A DNA stretch of 62,177 nucleotides, filler included, from Chiloscyllium plagiosum (taxonomy: Eukaryota), in NCBI RefSeq assembly GCF_004010195.1. It is 4 parts of one record of this genome, joined end to end, with 100 filler letters (N's around TTAATTAATTAA, not from the genome) between each part and the next. Parts side by side here need not be neighbours in the genome. Positions count along the whole stretch, not along the records: positions 1 to 19,104 come from NC_057714.1; 3 more parts are not named here. One strand, written 5' to 3'. Below the pieces are notes generated by a model. It saw only the letters and a list, made by a program, of their open reading frames with translations, was not told where the DNA came from and did not search any database. The translations under genes were made by a program, and so were the position numbers. Positions 1-13,640 of the stretch are shown here, in pieces (within the stretch, counting starts at the first letter, position 1; each line of letters begins with the position of its first letter).

Positions 1-110
1 CAGAAGTGCTTCACAGGAGGCTCCCAAGCACTGAGGATGTCACCTAGACAGGGGACGAAACGTCTGCAACACAAATTCCCAGCTCGGCGAACAGAACCAC
101 CACAACAAAT
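1..110 (+). mobile_element. Penelope-like element family B, terminal repeat (pLTR) fragment
   Basis: Near-identical to the repeat at 22656-22752 and related to the 3' end of the RT/GIY-YIG-bearing element at 33700-34745. Confidence 0.75.
28..67 (+). ncRNA. Minimal type I hammerhead ribozyme motif (PLE family B)
   Basis: GCA-CTGAGGA(31-37)-T-stem II GTCACCT/AGAC/AGGGGAC-GAAA(57-60)-CGTC-TGC. All core boxes present, stem I GCA/TGC. Confidence 0.75.
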
Positions 111-719
111 AAATGGTCTTCTGTTTGTTGCTTGTGTTTTGGAGTTTATTTCACAGATACATAATGATGTTCAGTCCAATTTTCGTATTATGCACTTATT
201 AACTGATTTTGATTTTTGAGACGGAATTGTTATAATGAGCCAATGCCTTATGCAAGTGGATATGCATTTTGAAATTGATTAGATTTGATGAATTTTTGAA
301 TCCATCCTAGGGCATGGATATCACTGGAAAGTCCTGCATTTATTGAGGTGATTGCTTTCCCATTTAGATGCCACTTTTATCCACCTAGGGATTGGAGGGT
401 GCAGTGTTGTGAAGTGCTTCTGAAGCATTTCTGACCATTTATTGGGTTGCACTCTGCAGGTAATGCACTGTATAGACGTTGCACATCAATGTGTACAATG
501 AGGGTATGGTAAGTTAAATTAGTGAATGTGCATGAGATCAAATGGGGTGTTTATCCTGGATAGCATTGAGCTACTTCGAGTTCAGCAAGAATAAATCATG
601 AGTACTATAAACGTGCAACATAGTCTGGTACAGCAAGAAAAGAAGAGCATACAAGAATGCCAGTCATGTCTTAGTGGCATGTTGGAGACAAGTACTATTA
701 TACACATTTGCTTCATTAT

Positions 720-871
720 GCAGATCCTTGACCTCCTCCATCGCCAGACCCTGGCCACACGACGCCTGGAGGAAGAGCACCTCATCTTCTGCCTAGGAAC
801 CCTCCAACCACACGGGATGAATGTAGATTTCTCCATCTTCCCTGGGTCTCCCCCCCCCCCCCCCCCACCTT
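720..871 (+). mobile_element. Penelope-like element family A, GIY-YIG C-terminal fragment
   Basis: QILDLLHRQTLATRRLEEEHLIFCLGTLQPHGMNVDFS matches the C-terminus of PLE ORFs elsewhere in the window; followed by the C-rich tract. Confidence 0.8.
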
Positions 872-1995
872 ACTAGTTTAAATCCTCCCAAGCAGTTCTA
901 GCAAATTTCACTGCCAGTATATGAGGGCCTTTCCAATTTAGGTGTAATCCGTCCTTCTTATACAGGTCACTTCTACCCGAAAGAGATTCCAATGATCCAA
1001 AAATGTGAATCCTTCTCCCATACACCAGCTCCTCAGCCATGCATTCATCTGCTCTCTCCTCCGATTCCTACCCTCACTAGCTCGTAGCACTGGGAGTAAT
1101 CCAGATATTACTACCCTTGAGGACCTCCTTTTTAAATTTCTGCCTTGCTCTCTGTAATCTCCCTTCAGAATCTCAACCTTTTCCCTTCCTATATCGTTGG
1201 TTCCAATGTGGACAATGACCTCTTGCTGGCCCCTCTCCCCCATGGGAACATTCTGCACCGTCTCTGAGATATCCTTGATCCTGGCACCAGGGAAACAACA
1301 CACCATTCTGATTTTTCGCTGCTGGCCACAGAAACATCTGACTGTACCTCAGACTACAGAATCCCCTAACACAATTGATCTCTTGGAAGTTGACGTACCC
1401 CTCGTTGCATTAGAGCCAGTCTCAATACCAGAAACCTGGCTGTTCATGTTACGTTCCCCTGAGAATCCATCACGCCTTACATTTTCTAAAACAGCATACT
1501 TGTTTGAAATGGGTATATCCTGCCCTAAGTGCCTACCTCTCTTACCTTTCCTGGAGTCACCTATCTATGTGACTGTATCTGAGACTTTCCCCCCTTCGTT
1601 TAACTGCCATCTATCACATACTGTTGCAAATTCCTCATTGCTTCTAACTGTCTCTCCAACCAATCCATTCGATCTAATAAGGTTCACATCCAACAGCATT
1701 TATGGCAGATAACATCCACAGTAACCCTTAAACTCCCACACCTGACAAGAAGTACATATCACTGTACTAAAGGCCATTTTTGTTCCTTCACAATCTACAG
1801 ACCCAGAAAATAACACCATCTTATTCCTCTACAAACACTGCCCCAGCTTAAATGAATAGTTATGGTTTATATTTAAAGTTTAATCAAGGGACATATCTCC
1901 AAAAACATATAATCAAGAAAGAACCCACTCTACTCACTACTGCAGCCTTTCTATTGGACACACTTAAAACAACAATTAACTTATCTGATTCTGTG
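872..1995 (-). mobile_element. CR1 LINE 5' part: ORF1 SGNH-esterase domain and 5' UTR, degenerate
   Basis: ORF 938-1306 VCCFPGARIKD...VIVHIGTNDIG...VVISGLLP...FLDHW is the esterase typical of CR1 ORF1. Confidence 0.85.
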
Positions 1996-3852
1996 TTGAG
2001 CCATGAGGGGACATGAGAAATCATTGGCAGGTAGGATCAAGGAAAACCCTAAGGCTTTCTATAGATCTATCAGGAATAAAAGAATGACTAGAGTAAGATT
2101 TGGGGCCTCAATTAAAGTGGTGCTGGAAAAGCACAGCAGGTCAGGAAGCATCCGAAGACAGGAAAATCGATGTTTTGGGCAAAAGCCTGACCTGTTGTGC
2201 TTTTCCAGCGTCACTCTAATCTAGACTCTGATCTCCAGCATCTGGAGTCCTCACCTTCGCCTAGAGTAAGATTTGGGCCAATCAAGGACAGTAGTGGGAA
2301 GTTATGTGTGATGTCAGAGGAGATAGGGGAAGTGATAATTCAATATTTTTTTGTCAGTATTCACACTGGAAAAAGACAATGTTGTCGAGGAAAATACTGA
2401 GATACAGGCTACTAGACTAGATGGGATTGAGGTGCATAAGGAGGAGGTGTTTGCAATTCTGGAAAGCGTGAAAATAGATTCATCCCCTGGGCCGGATGGG
2501 ATTTATCCATTGATTTTCTGGGCAGCCAGGGAGGAGATTGCCGAGTGTTGGAAAAGGTTATAAGAGATAGGATTTATAGTCATCTAGAAAGGAATAAGGT
2601 GATTAGGGAGAATCAATATGGTTTTAAGAAGGGTAGGTTGTGCCTCACAAACCTTATTGACCTATTTCAGAAGGTGACCAAACAGGTGGATGAGGGTAAA
2701 GTGGTTGATGTGCTGTACATGGATTTCAGTAAGGCTTTTAATAAGGTTCCCCACAGTAGGCTATTGCGTAAAATACGGAGGCATGCAATTGAGGGTGATT
2801 TAGCGGTTTGGATCAGATATTGGTTAACTGAAAGAAGACAGAGGGTGGTGGTTGATGGGAAACATTCACCTTGAAATTCAGTCACTAGTGGTGTACTACA
2901 AGGATCTGTTTTGGGGTCACTGCTGTTTGTCATTTTTATAAATTACCTAGATGAGGGTGTAGAAGGATGAATTAGAAAATTTGCAGATAACACTAATGTT
3001 GGTGGAGTTGTGGATAGTGCCGAAGAATGTTATGGGTTACAGAGGGACATAGATATGCTGCAGAGCTGGGCTGGGAGGTGGCAAATGGAGTTTAATGCTG
3101 AAACGTGTGAGGTGATTCACTTTGGAAGGAGCAACGGGAATAAAGAGTACTGGGCTAATGGTAAGTTCTTGATAGCATTGGTGAATAGAGAGATCTGTGT
3201 CCAGGTGCATAGATCCCTGAAAGTTGCCACCCAGGTTGATAGCGTTGTTAAAAAGGCATACGGTGCATTAACTTTTATTAGTAGAGGGATTGAATTTCGG
3301 GGCCATGAGGTCACACTGCAGCTATGCAAAACTCTGGTGTGGCTGCACATTGAGTATTGCGCACAGTTCTGGTCATCATGTTACAGGAAGGATGTGGAAG
3401 CTTTGGAGAGAGCTCAGAGGAGATTTACTGGATGCTGCCTGGTATGGAGGGAAGGTTTTATGAGGAAAGGCTGAGGGACTTCAGGCTGTTTTTGTTAGAG
3501 AGAAGAAGTTTGAGAGGTGACTTAATTAAAACATATAAGATAATCAGAGGGTTAGATAGGCTGGACAGTGAAAGCCTTTTTTCCTTAGATAGTGATGGCT
3601 AGCATGAGGGGACAGCTTTAAATTGAGGGGTGATAGATATAGGACAGATGTTAGAGATAGTTTTTTTACTCAGAGAGTAGTAGAGGCGTGGAACAGTAGT
3701 AGACTCACCAACTTTAAGGGCATTTGAATGGCCATTGGATTGATGGATAAAAATGGAATAATGTAGGTTAGATGGGCTTCAAGTGGTTTCACAGGTAGGT
3801 GCAACATCGACGGCTGAAGGGCCTGTATTGCGTTGTAATGTATTATGTTCTA
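1996..3852 (+). mobile_element. CR1 LINE ORF2 (RT) 3' half with 3' UTR, frameshifted
   Basis: SPGPDGI, QYGF..GRLCLTNL, VDVLYMDFSKAFNKVPH, WQMEFN; ends in ...tattatgttctatg tail. Confidence 0.9.
2108..2260. mobile_element. Short fold-back PLE family A insertion inside CR1
   Basis: Inverted pLTR piece plus direct pLTR piece, flanked by duplication ctagagtaagatttggg(g)cc (2088-2107 / 2261-2279). Confidence 0.8.
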
Positions 3853-6335
3853 TGGTGGATAAATATATATTAGTGCATAAATTGAAATTTAGCTTCTGAT
3901 AGCAATTTCATTCCATGAGGGTTGGAAATTGAGAAAGAGGAAGATCCTTCAATGTAAAACAAAAAGTAAATCACACTGGGACCAGTTTGCCATACGTAAC
4001 AAATGAAACCCAAGAGGGTGGAAAAGAGGTGAAAGGCCTCAGGTGTTTCCACTGCAATAGAGTGGGCCACACAAAGTCACAGTGCTGCTGGTTTAAGATA
4101 GGCACTGGGAAAAAGATGTGGTAAAAGAGGCTAAACCAATGGGATTAATTAAGGCAGTGAAGGAAATCCCAAGAGAAGTCGAGGAGAGTGCACAGTCTAG
4201 TCCCAGGCTGGATAGTAAGGTGACATGCAATCTTTTCAAAGACTTCACCTGTCTGAGTAAGATTTACTCAGGTAGAACAGGGAGAGTAGGTGAAGAAATT
4301 AAATTATTGAGAGATACGGAAGCTAGTCTGTCTCTAATAATAAGAGATTAAAATATTTGCACTCCTTCTGAAATATTGCCCGAGAGAATGGTAATCTGTG
4401 GAATAAATGGAGAGAGGAGTAGTGTTCCCCCATGTAAGATCAGGCTAGAAAGTCCAATCAAGACTGGGGAAGTGATAGTGGGAGTGATGGAAAAATTGGC
4501 TATTCCAGGAATACAGTTTATTCTTGGAAATGATATAGCTAGGTCACACGTGGAAGTGATGCCCATTGTAGTGGAAAAGCCAAAAGAAAGCTGGGGAGCT
4601 GAGGAGTTCAAAGGAATTTTTCTGGACTGTGTAGTGACAAGATCCCACACCCATAAGTTAAAACAAAAGGGGAGAACAAAAGAGAAAAATGAAGGAGTTG
4701 AGGTCCAGTTTGCTGACACTCTGTTTGATGAGATGGTAAAGGAAAAACCTAAGCAGATAGAGGATCAGGCAGAGGTGTTTAGTTCTGCTAGATCACTGGA
4801 GTTACAACAAAAAGATTAAACCATAAAGGATTTATATCATTAAAGCCTACTCGACAAAGGAATCTGAGTGTAATGGAGAATGCTATTACCTTAAGACAGA
4901 AGTGGAAACCTTGGCAGGTTAGTGCAGATGAAAAATGGGCAGATGTTCATCAGATTGTGTTGACGGTAGAATACAGATAGGAAGTATTGTGGGTAGCATA
5001 CAAATTACCTGTAGGAGGTCATCTAGGAGTGAGGAAGATTCAGGCTAAGATACAGAAGCATTTTTATTGGCCTGGATCACAGAACAACATGGATGAATTT
5101 TGCCGAATCTGTCATACATGTCAGATGGTAGGAAAGCCACAAGTGATGATAAAAACAGTATCTTTGTTGCAAATTCTTGCATTTGAAGAATCTTTTACAC
5201 AGGTTTTAATTGATTGTGTAGGTCCCCTCTCTAAAACCAAAAGTGGGAACCAGTATTTGCTAACCGTAATGCATGTGCCTACGAGGTTTCCAGAGGCAAT
5301 TCCATTATGGAATGTCAAGGCAAGAAAGGTGTGGGGAAGTTGCTTGCTTTCTTTACCTATTATGTACTAGCCAGGGAGATTCAATCAGAGCAAGGGTTCA
5401 ATTTTACTGCCAAATTATTTAAGGAGATCATGGATAGTTTAGACATCGAATACTTTAATCAAGTGTGTACCATCCTGAAATCCAGGAAGCATTGGAAAGG
5501 TGGCATCAGACCCTAATACAATGTTGAGGGCATACTGTCTGGATTACCCAAATGATTGGGATAAAGGTTTCCCATTTGTATTATTTGCTATTAGAGATGC
5601 TCCAAATGAATCAACTTAGCTTACTCCCTTTGAATTGATATTTGGACACAAAGTAAGAGGGCCTTTAAAATTAATTAAGGAAAAGTTTATAGGTCCAAAG
5701 TCAGAGATCTCACAGTTGGATTATGCATCTGGGGTGAGAAAAATATTAAACAGAGTAGGTGAATTGACTAGACAACATTTGGAGGTGGCACAGCACCTGA
5801 TGAGGCAAGGCGCAGATAAGAAATCTAAATTTAATAAGTGGGGATAAAGTATTGGTGCTATTACCAGGAGTAGGAGAGCCCTTCAAAGCAAGGTTTCATG
5901 GTCCCTATCTGATTCAGAAGAAGTTATGTCAGGTGAATTATCTGGTAAAGATGCCAGATAGGAAAATAAATTTTGGGGTATGTCATGAGAATATGCTGAA
6001 ACTTTAATCTGACAGGGAAAGGGAACAGGACAAACAGTTTTTACTAATTGCCATTCAGAATGAGGAATCAAATCGAGATGATTTGGATTTTGATGTGCCT
6101 CAGAATAAATTGAATAATGAGGAAGTCCTTAAGGAATGGGATATGGTAGTGAGATTTCTGTCCCATTAACAGAGAACTGAATTGAAAGACTTGTTACAGT
6201 GCCATGAGGACCTATATAGAAATAGAATGGGGAGGACTAATGCCATAGTATATGAGGTGGATCTAGGGAATGCTGTTCTGATAAAACCAACACCCCTACT
6301 GGCTTAATCCTCTCAAAGCAACGCAGATTCAGAAA

Positions 6336-6776
6336 GTTTGGTATGTTTTCCTTTATTGGTTAGAGCATTGAGTAGAGGAATTGGGAGATCATCTTACGGC
6401 TGTACAGGACATTAGTTAGGTCACTTTTGAAACATTTCTTGCAATTCTGGTCTCCTTCCTATTGGAAGGATGTTGTGAAACTTGAAAGGGTTTAGAAAAG
6501 ATTTACAAGGATGTTGCCAGGGTTGGAGGATTTGAGCCATAGGGAGAGGCTGAAGGCTGGCGCTGTTTTCCCCAGAGCATTGGAGGCTGAGGGGTGACAT
6601 TATGGAGGTTTACAAAATCATGAGGGGCATGGATAGAATAAATAGACAAGGCTATTTTCCCTGGGGTGGGGGAGTACAGAATTAGAGGGCATGAATAGAT
6701 AGCCATGATCTCATTGAATGACGGAGCAGGCTCGAGGGGCCAGACAGCCTACTCCTGCTCCTAGTTCTTATGTTCT
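6336..6776 (+). mobile_element. CR1 LINE 3' fragment inserted in the Gypsy RT
   Basis: CR1 ORF2 C-terminal sequence and tail ...gttcttatgttct interrupt the RT; the RT core is missing at this point. Confidence 0.8.
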
Positions 6777-7521
6777 AAGACAATGGCCATTGAGGAATTT
6801 CCAAGACCATCCTCGAAGAAGGAATTGCTACAATTTTTAGGACTGAGCAGATTCTACAGGAAATTTATACCAAACTTTAGTAGCAGAGTGGTACTGTTGA
6901 CGGATTTCTTAAAAACCTTTGGGTGACTAAACAATATCAGGAGGCATTTGAGAATTTAAAAGCAATATTAAACACTGCACCAGTTTTAGCCATGCCAAAG
7001 TTTTGAAACCCTTCAAAGTCACCATTGATGCAAGTGAGCTATGTTGTTACAGCAGGATAACTGTGGAATTGAAAGGCCAATTAGGTATTTCTCAAATAAA
7101 CTCAATACCCACCATAAAAAAATATTCAATCATTGAAAAAGAGTTTGGCAATGGCCTTGCAACATTCTCATGTTCACATTGCAAACAATGCATCAGGGAC
7201 GATTGTGTATACCGATCACAATCCTTTGACATTTCTGGAAAGATTTAAGGACAAGAATACCAGATTATTTCATTTGGAGTCTCATGTTACAAACATTTAA
7301 TTTAGATGTTGAGGGTCATGAAAATCGTATTGCGGTGCTAGGTCACAGGTTTAAAAGAAAAATGCTTATATGAGATAGAAATGGTAGTGTTCAATGTTAT
7401 ATTCATATAAAATGTGTAACTCTAGATTAATTAGCTATGGATTTACTAATACAATGGAGAAAAAGAAAAAATATGAAACCATCTTTTCATAAAAATGGTT
7501 CTTTTTTTTCTTAAGGGAGCG

Positions 7522-8466
7522 TATTGCGAAGTTGGGTAGAGTGCTTGTGGATTGGGAGGTAAGAAGTTAGAACTTGGTGTTTGTAAAGTGCTGGAGGGAA
7601 GCATTGTGTAGTCCCTTTAGAAGATCATGTGCTTTTTCTGTGCTTAGAGATTTAAAATGGATATCTGTGAACAGCAGCTTGAAAGTTTGCAAGTATGCAG
7701 AGAACACCCGAATTGAAATATTTGTATCGAAAGGCTGCACAGTTAGCAGGCCTTGCAGCAATTTTGAATTTAGCCAAACAATTTGAACCAGTTACTTAGA
7801 TGCCTAAAAGCTATTAAATTTAAGTCTGATGGTTTTGACAACATTGCACCAATCCTATGGTAAGAAATACTGATGTGACTCAGGGGTATAAAAAAAGAGG
7901 GCGGTTGGACAAAGACCCCAGGGCAGAACTAGCTGCCATTCACCAGAGCCAATGGCCATCAGCTGAAGAGGGAATCACTGGCTGTCACCACCTCCTCTAT
8001 GCCTTAAAGAAAGCACCATCTGAATAACAACGGTACCAATGGCACAACTAGTTAAAATTCCTGACATAAACATTGACAGAGAAGGCACAGAACATTCCGG
8101 AAGGCACATAACCTGGCTGTAATTTCAAGAGACTTTTTTTTGTATAAGTAGTTACTTGTATTTATTGGGATAGCATACCATTACAATCTTGATTTATTTG
8201 GAAATAGTTAGTCAGTAGAAGAGTGTTATTCACTTTGTTAATAGTTTAGTTAATTTGTTCAATGTAATACACGTAACAATTTGTAACAAGTTATTATTTG
8301 TTCATTTTTAAATGAGTGTCAGGGATTTATTTCATTTAACCACTACAAGTTTCTGAAAAGCAGGTTACAACACGTTTCACACTCCTTTTACAGATTAAAG
8401 GGAGAGGTGCTCCTTTTCGGGTGTTTTGGTCTTAATTCTCAGGAGATCAACCTCTGCTTTATAACA
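7522..8466 (+). repeat. 3' LTR of the Gmr1-like element
   Basis: Follows purine tract aagggagcg; TATA ggggtataaaa at ~7883; ends ...ttataaca; shares motifs with the solo LTR at 23131-23837. Confidence 0.7.
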
Positions 8467-9124
8467 ACACTTTTCCTGATTTCTACTCCTGGTAATATGC
8501 ATCATTGGCATCATCATTCTTCCTTATTTTCTTATTAATATTCATGTCATCCAGGATACTCCAGCTTTAGATACCCTTATTTATTTCTCATGGGTATGTA
8601 TCTATTATATTTTATTCATCCTGTTTTTGAAATTCTCCCATTTTCCATCCACCTGTTTATCCACTAAAGCGCATTTCCAATTAGTGTGGTCTTGTTCAAC
8701 TTCTAAACCCTTAAAGTCTGCCCTTTTTCAGTCTAGGATCTGAATCATTGACTGATTTTTATCCTTTTACTATTTAATATTGAACCTTATTATGTTACGA
8801 TCACCATTTCTCAAATAGTCACCAAATCACCAACTACCAAAAACCTATTTGTCCTGCAAATTTCCATAATCTGCCTACAAATGCTGTCTTCCTCTTCCTC
8901 CCCAATATTTGGAAGTCTATAATAAATACCCAACAAGGACCCAGTTCCCTTCTTGTTTCTCACCTTCAACTATTCAGATTCTAATTTAGGAGTTGCAACT
9001 CATTAAAGGACAATGATACTCTTTGACCAAGACTGTTATAATTCCTTCCGTACTACCCACCCTGTTCCAACTAAACCACTTATTGCAATGGATATTGTGC
9101 ACATGTACTTAAAATGATATAATA

Positions 9125-11630
9125 CTGCACAGAACAGGTCCCCCACCTCATCAAGCCCGTACTGATTCCAAATCCTTATTTAGAGCTGTTGCATTCTGCC
9201 CATATGTAGTTTCTATCCCTCTGATTGCTTCCCTCTCATGTGTCTATTAAGATATGCCTTATTTATTGCTTAAATGCCTGCTTCACCACCTCCTCTGGCA
9301 GTGTGTTCCAGGTACCCTCCACCCTTTGCGCAAAAGATTTCTCCCCACTTGTCTCCCTCTCACTTTGAACTGGTGTCCTCTTGTAGTTGACTTTAACGTC
9401 CTGGGAAAAGCCTCACTAAGCACCTTATCTAACCTCCCACAATTTTGTAGATCTCCATCAGGTTGCCCCTCTGCCTCTGACTTTTCAGTGAAAACAATCT
9501 GAATTTATCCAACCTCTCCTCATAACTAAAACCATCCAAATTTCACAACATTGTGGTAGACCTTCTCTGCACCCTTTCTAAAGCATCCAAGTCCTTGGTT
9601 AGCACTGCTGCCTCACAGCGCCAGAGACCCGGGTTCAATTCCCGCCTCAGGCGACTGTCTGTGTGGAGTTTGCACATTCTCCCCGTGTCTGCGTGGGTTT
9701 CCTCCGGGTGCTCCGGTTTCCTCCCACAGTCCAAAGACGTGCAGGTCAGGTGAATTGGCCATGCTAAATTGCCCGTAGTGTTAGGTAAGGGGTAAATGTA
9801 GGGGTATGGGTGGGTTGCGCTTCGGCGGGGCGGTGTGGACTTGTTGGGCCGAAGGGCCTGTTTCCACACTGTAAGTAATCTAATCTAATCCTTCTGGTAG
9901 TGTGGTGACCAGGAGTACATACAATATTCCAAATGTGACCAGACCAAAGTTTTATACAGGAGGAGTAACATAACTTGCCAACTTTTATATTTGATGCCCC
10001 AGCCAATGAAGTCAAGTGCTTCTTCACCACCTTATGCACTTGTATTGCCCTTTCAAAGATCTGTGGACCTGTACACCTAGATCCCTCTGTATGCCAATGC
10101 TTCTAAGGGCTCTGCCATTTTTGTATAATTTACACCTGAATTTGATCTTCCAAAATGCAACACCTTATGTTTGTCCAGATTAAATTCAATCTGCCAAATC
10201 TGCAATCTATCTATATCCCACAGTAATCCTTGACAATTTTCCTCACTATCCTCAACCTCGCGAATTTTGGTGTCAACCACAAACCTTTTAATCAGATCCC
10301 TACATTTTCCTCCCCATCATTTAAGGTCCCAGTACTGATTCCTGTGGAACACCATCAGTTACTGATCGCCATTCTGAAAAGCACCCTTCCACTACTACTC
10401 TCTGTCTTCTATAACCAAACCAGTTCTGTATCCATCTAGCCAGAACACTCCGGATCCCATGATATCCCACTTTTTGTACCAGCATGCCATGAGGTACCTG
10501 AATAATTACCTTTCTAAAGTCCACGCAGACAACACCCATTGCCCTTCCTTCATCAATCATTCTTGTCATCTCCTCAAAAAAATCTCAATCGAGTTGTTGA
10601 GATAAACACAAGCCATTGCTGCCTATCACTAACAAGTCCATTCGCTTCGAAATGTGAATTAATCCTGTCTCTCAGTATCTTCTCTACAGCTTGCCTGCCA
10701 CTGACATCAGGCTCACCACCCTGTAATTACTTGGATTATCTCTATTTCCTTTCTTATACAAAGGAACAACATGAGCCATTCTCCAGTCCTCTGAACCTTG
10801 CCTCAGGCAAAAGAGGCTGCAAAGATATCTGTTAAGGTCCTAGCTATTTTCTCCTTTGCCTCCCACTGTATCCTGGGATAGATCCTATTCTGGCTCTAGG
10901 GACTGGTCGACCTTAAAGCATTTCAAGACACCCAACACTTCATCCTTTGTTATGTTCACCTTTCCCTCACCTCTATATCCCTCACTTCCTTCTCTTTGTT
11001 GAATACCAAAGTAAATTATTCATTAAGGATCACACCCACTTCCTCTAGCTCCACAGATAACCTCCCTCCTTTATCCTTGTGTGGGCCTACTCTTACCCTA
11101 GTTACCCTCTTGCTCCTAACATATGTTTAAGACTCTTTAGGATTCTCCTAAACCCTGATAGCCACGGATATTTTATGGCTCCTTTTAATCCTCCTGACTC
11201 CCCATTTGAACTCCTTCCTACTTTCTCTATATTCTTCAAGGAATTTGTACGTTTTAAGTTGCCTAGACCTTAGCAATGCTTCCTTTTTTTTGACTAAGCT
11301 GGTAATTTCCTCTGCCATCCAAGGTTTCTGAGTCTTGCTATTCCTGTCCTTCATTCAGATTGCCTGTCCTGCACTCTGAACGACTGGTATTTAAAAGACT
11401 CCCACATGTCAGATATGGATTTACCCTCAAACATACCACTCCTAATCCACAATCTCCAATTCTTGCTTCATTTGGTTAGAGTTGACCTTCGTCCAATTTA
11501 CCACCATCATCTGAGGTCCCCTCTTGCCATTAATCATAAGTATATAAAAACTTAAGGATTTATGGTCACTATTTCCAAAATGCTATCCCACTGAAACTTT
11601 GATCACCTGACTGGGTTCATTTCCCTACTC
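9125..11630 (-). mobile_element. CR1 LINE ORF2 and 3' end, degenerate
   Basis: Antisense ORF pieces VDFRKV..VPH, WRSVTDGVPQ, KPWMAEEITSLVKKK. Confidence 0.85.
9596..9890 (+). mobile_element. HE1-type tRNA-derived V-SINE, slightly 5'-truncated
   Basis: B-box gggttcaattcc; V-domain gtgtggagtttgcacattctccccgtgtctgcgtgggtttcctccgggtgctccggtttcctccc; CR1-like tail with (taatc)n. Confidence 0.9.
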
Positions 11631-11939
11631 TTGCCCTTCAATCCCCTTGAAATAAGGACCAACATTCCATTAACCTTCCTGATTGCCTGCTGCGCCTGTG
11701 TGCTAGCCTTCTGTGTTTCATGCACAAGTCCCTTTCTGTTGCAGCTTTCTGCAGTTTTCTTTCAACTTAAATAAGACTGTAGCTTCTGTTCTCCCTTCCA
11801 AAGGAAGAAACTTCACATTTTCCCACTCTATACCCCATTTACCAAATGTTTGCCCTCTTCCTTAACCTCTCAATATCTCTAGGTAAGCTGTTTGTATTCC
11901 TCTCTCAACTTGCATTTCCACCCATTTTTATGTTGTAGC

Positions 11940-13290
11940 TATGGATATAATTTTCATCAAGAAGTGCTACGGGAAGCCCTGTCAAAGGCCAACTGTCCAG
12001 TGAAGAATACAAACATCCTTTATCTCATCCACACAAAGCTGTTAGCAACTGTCCTCACAGATGTTGGTTTGACAGAATCCTTTGAAGTCATGGAAGAGGT
12101 CAAGTGGGGGGGGGGGGTATGTTAACCCTAACCCTGTTCTCGAACTTCATGGTCACTATTCTTCAGCTTGTGAAGAACAGGCTTTCCAGTGGTGTGGACA
12201 TTGTCAACAGGATGGATGGAAATCCTTTCAACCTCGACCAGTTGAAATACAAAAAGAAAACCACATCGACTTTGCTTGTGGAACTTCAGTGTGTCATTTC
12301 TGTTCTCTCAAAGAGAATCTTCAAATCTTATTTAATGCTTTCACTGAAATGTACTGGAGAATTGGCTTCAGCTTTAACTTCAATAAAACTCAAATCCTTT
12401 ATGACCCATCCAAGGTCAAGTTCCAATCTATTTATCATTTAAGATCAATGGAGAAATCCTCCCAAGCATAAGCATTTGGCATACTGGGAATCTATGTCAC
12501 ATCTAAGGCTGACATTGATTTGGAGATTCAACTTTGCAACTAATCTGTGAGCACAAACTTCAGACACTTAATGATGAGAGACTTCGATGACCTTGATGTC
12601 TGTACTGACAACAAGAACCTTATCTATTAAGTAATGATTCTTCTGATGGTTTGATGTGATTTTTAAACTTCAATGCACATAGATACCATGGCAAGATCAG
12701 TGGAAAGTACCATCAATGCTGTTTGAGATTGATTTTCCACATTATCTGGGTGGACAGGCGTACCAATGCCAGCATCCTCGAGAAAGCTAATAGCACCAGC
12801 ATCAAAGCCATAATCATCTGAAACCAAGTGCACTTGACTGGTTGCATATTTAGGATCCCTGAGTTTGACTGCCAAAGCAAATCATGTTTGCCCAACTCAA
12901 GCAAGGCACTTGAACATGAGGGGGACAAAGGAAGTCTTTCAAAGACTCTCTGAAGTCTTCCAGCAAGAAATGCAACATTGATATCAACTCATGGCAGATC
13001 CTCAAAGTGAAAAATCCCAACTTGGAGGAGACTCCTCTAAAAAGTAACTTAATTTTTTCAGAATACCATCAAGAGGAAGTATGGAAAAGCAACCAGAGAA
13101 AGGAATGCCATTAATCACCAAACCAAGATCCGATTCTGTGTCCTGGAAATACCTGCCAAGTATATGGTCAGAAATGTGGTTCTTGGATTGAGGTCATCAG
13201 CCACAAAAGGACCCAGAGAACCTTTAGCAATGACATGGAATTTCCTAGATATACAATTATGCTCATTAGCGAGAGATTGCCAACAATGAA
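11940..13290 (+). mobile_element. RTE-clade (BovB-like) LINE 3' fragment, old
   Basis: RT remnants (RMDGNPFNL; a WCGH-like motif), C-terminal Cys/His finger remnant at ~13150-13215, RTE-like tail ctcattagcgagagattgcc. Confidence 0.65.
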
Positions 13291-13640
13291 TTTATATCTC
13301 AGAGTTATGCCAAGATGACACCAGTTTCCACAACTGAACAACTTATTTTGATGCTATTAAATTGTTTGCAATAGTTACAAGCCTATAGCTTACTTTTTGT
13401 TTCTCTTTCTCAGTAACCATATCTAAGCTTGATTGACTACACATAGAGTACAGTTAATCAACACATCAGTCAAATTCTGAGCAGGATAAGACAGTCGACA
13501 GGATTATAAGTATACATCAAATTTAAGGCTTCTCAAGTCTATATGATTAAGTGATTTACTGCCAGCAGTGTTAAGAAAATTATTTGAAATGCCAAGAATG
13601 AACTGAGACAATCGTAAACATTTTAATTTTTGCAACTTAC

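Larger units (their letters stand above)
3853..8466 (+). mobile_element. Gypsy LTR retrotransposon, Gmr1-like (gag end-PR-INT-RT-RH-3'LTR), degenerate
   Basis: Zinc knuckle CFHCNRVGHTKSQC (4044-4085); protease LLRDTEAS...FILGND; integrase GGHLGVRK..CRICHTCQ..IDCVGPL (~4990-6000); RT start GRTNAIVYEVDLG (~6230); FLGLSRFYRKFIPNFS (~6835); RNase H KPFKVTIDAS (7003). Confidence 0.85.

Noticed and set aside
872..3852. Minus CR1 5' part abutting a plus CR1 3' part, the geometry of a twin-primed inverted LINE
   Set aside because: No TSD, and the two flanks are different elements (PLE versus Gypsy gag); independent insertions explain it equally well.
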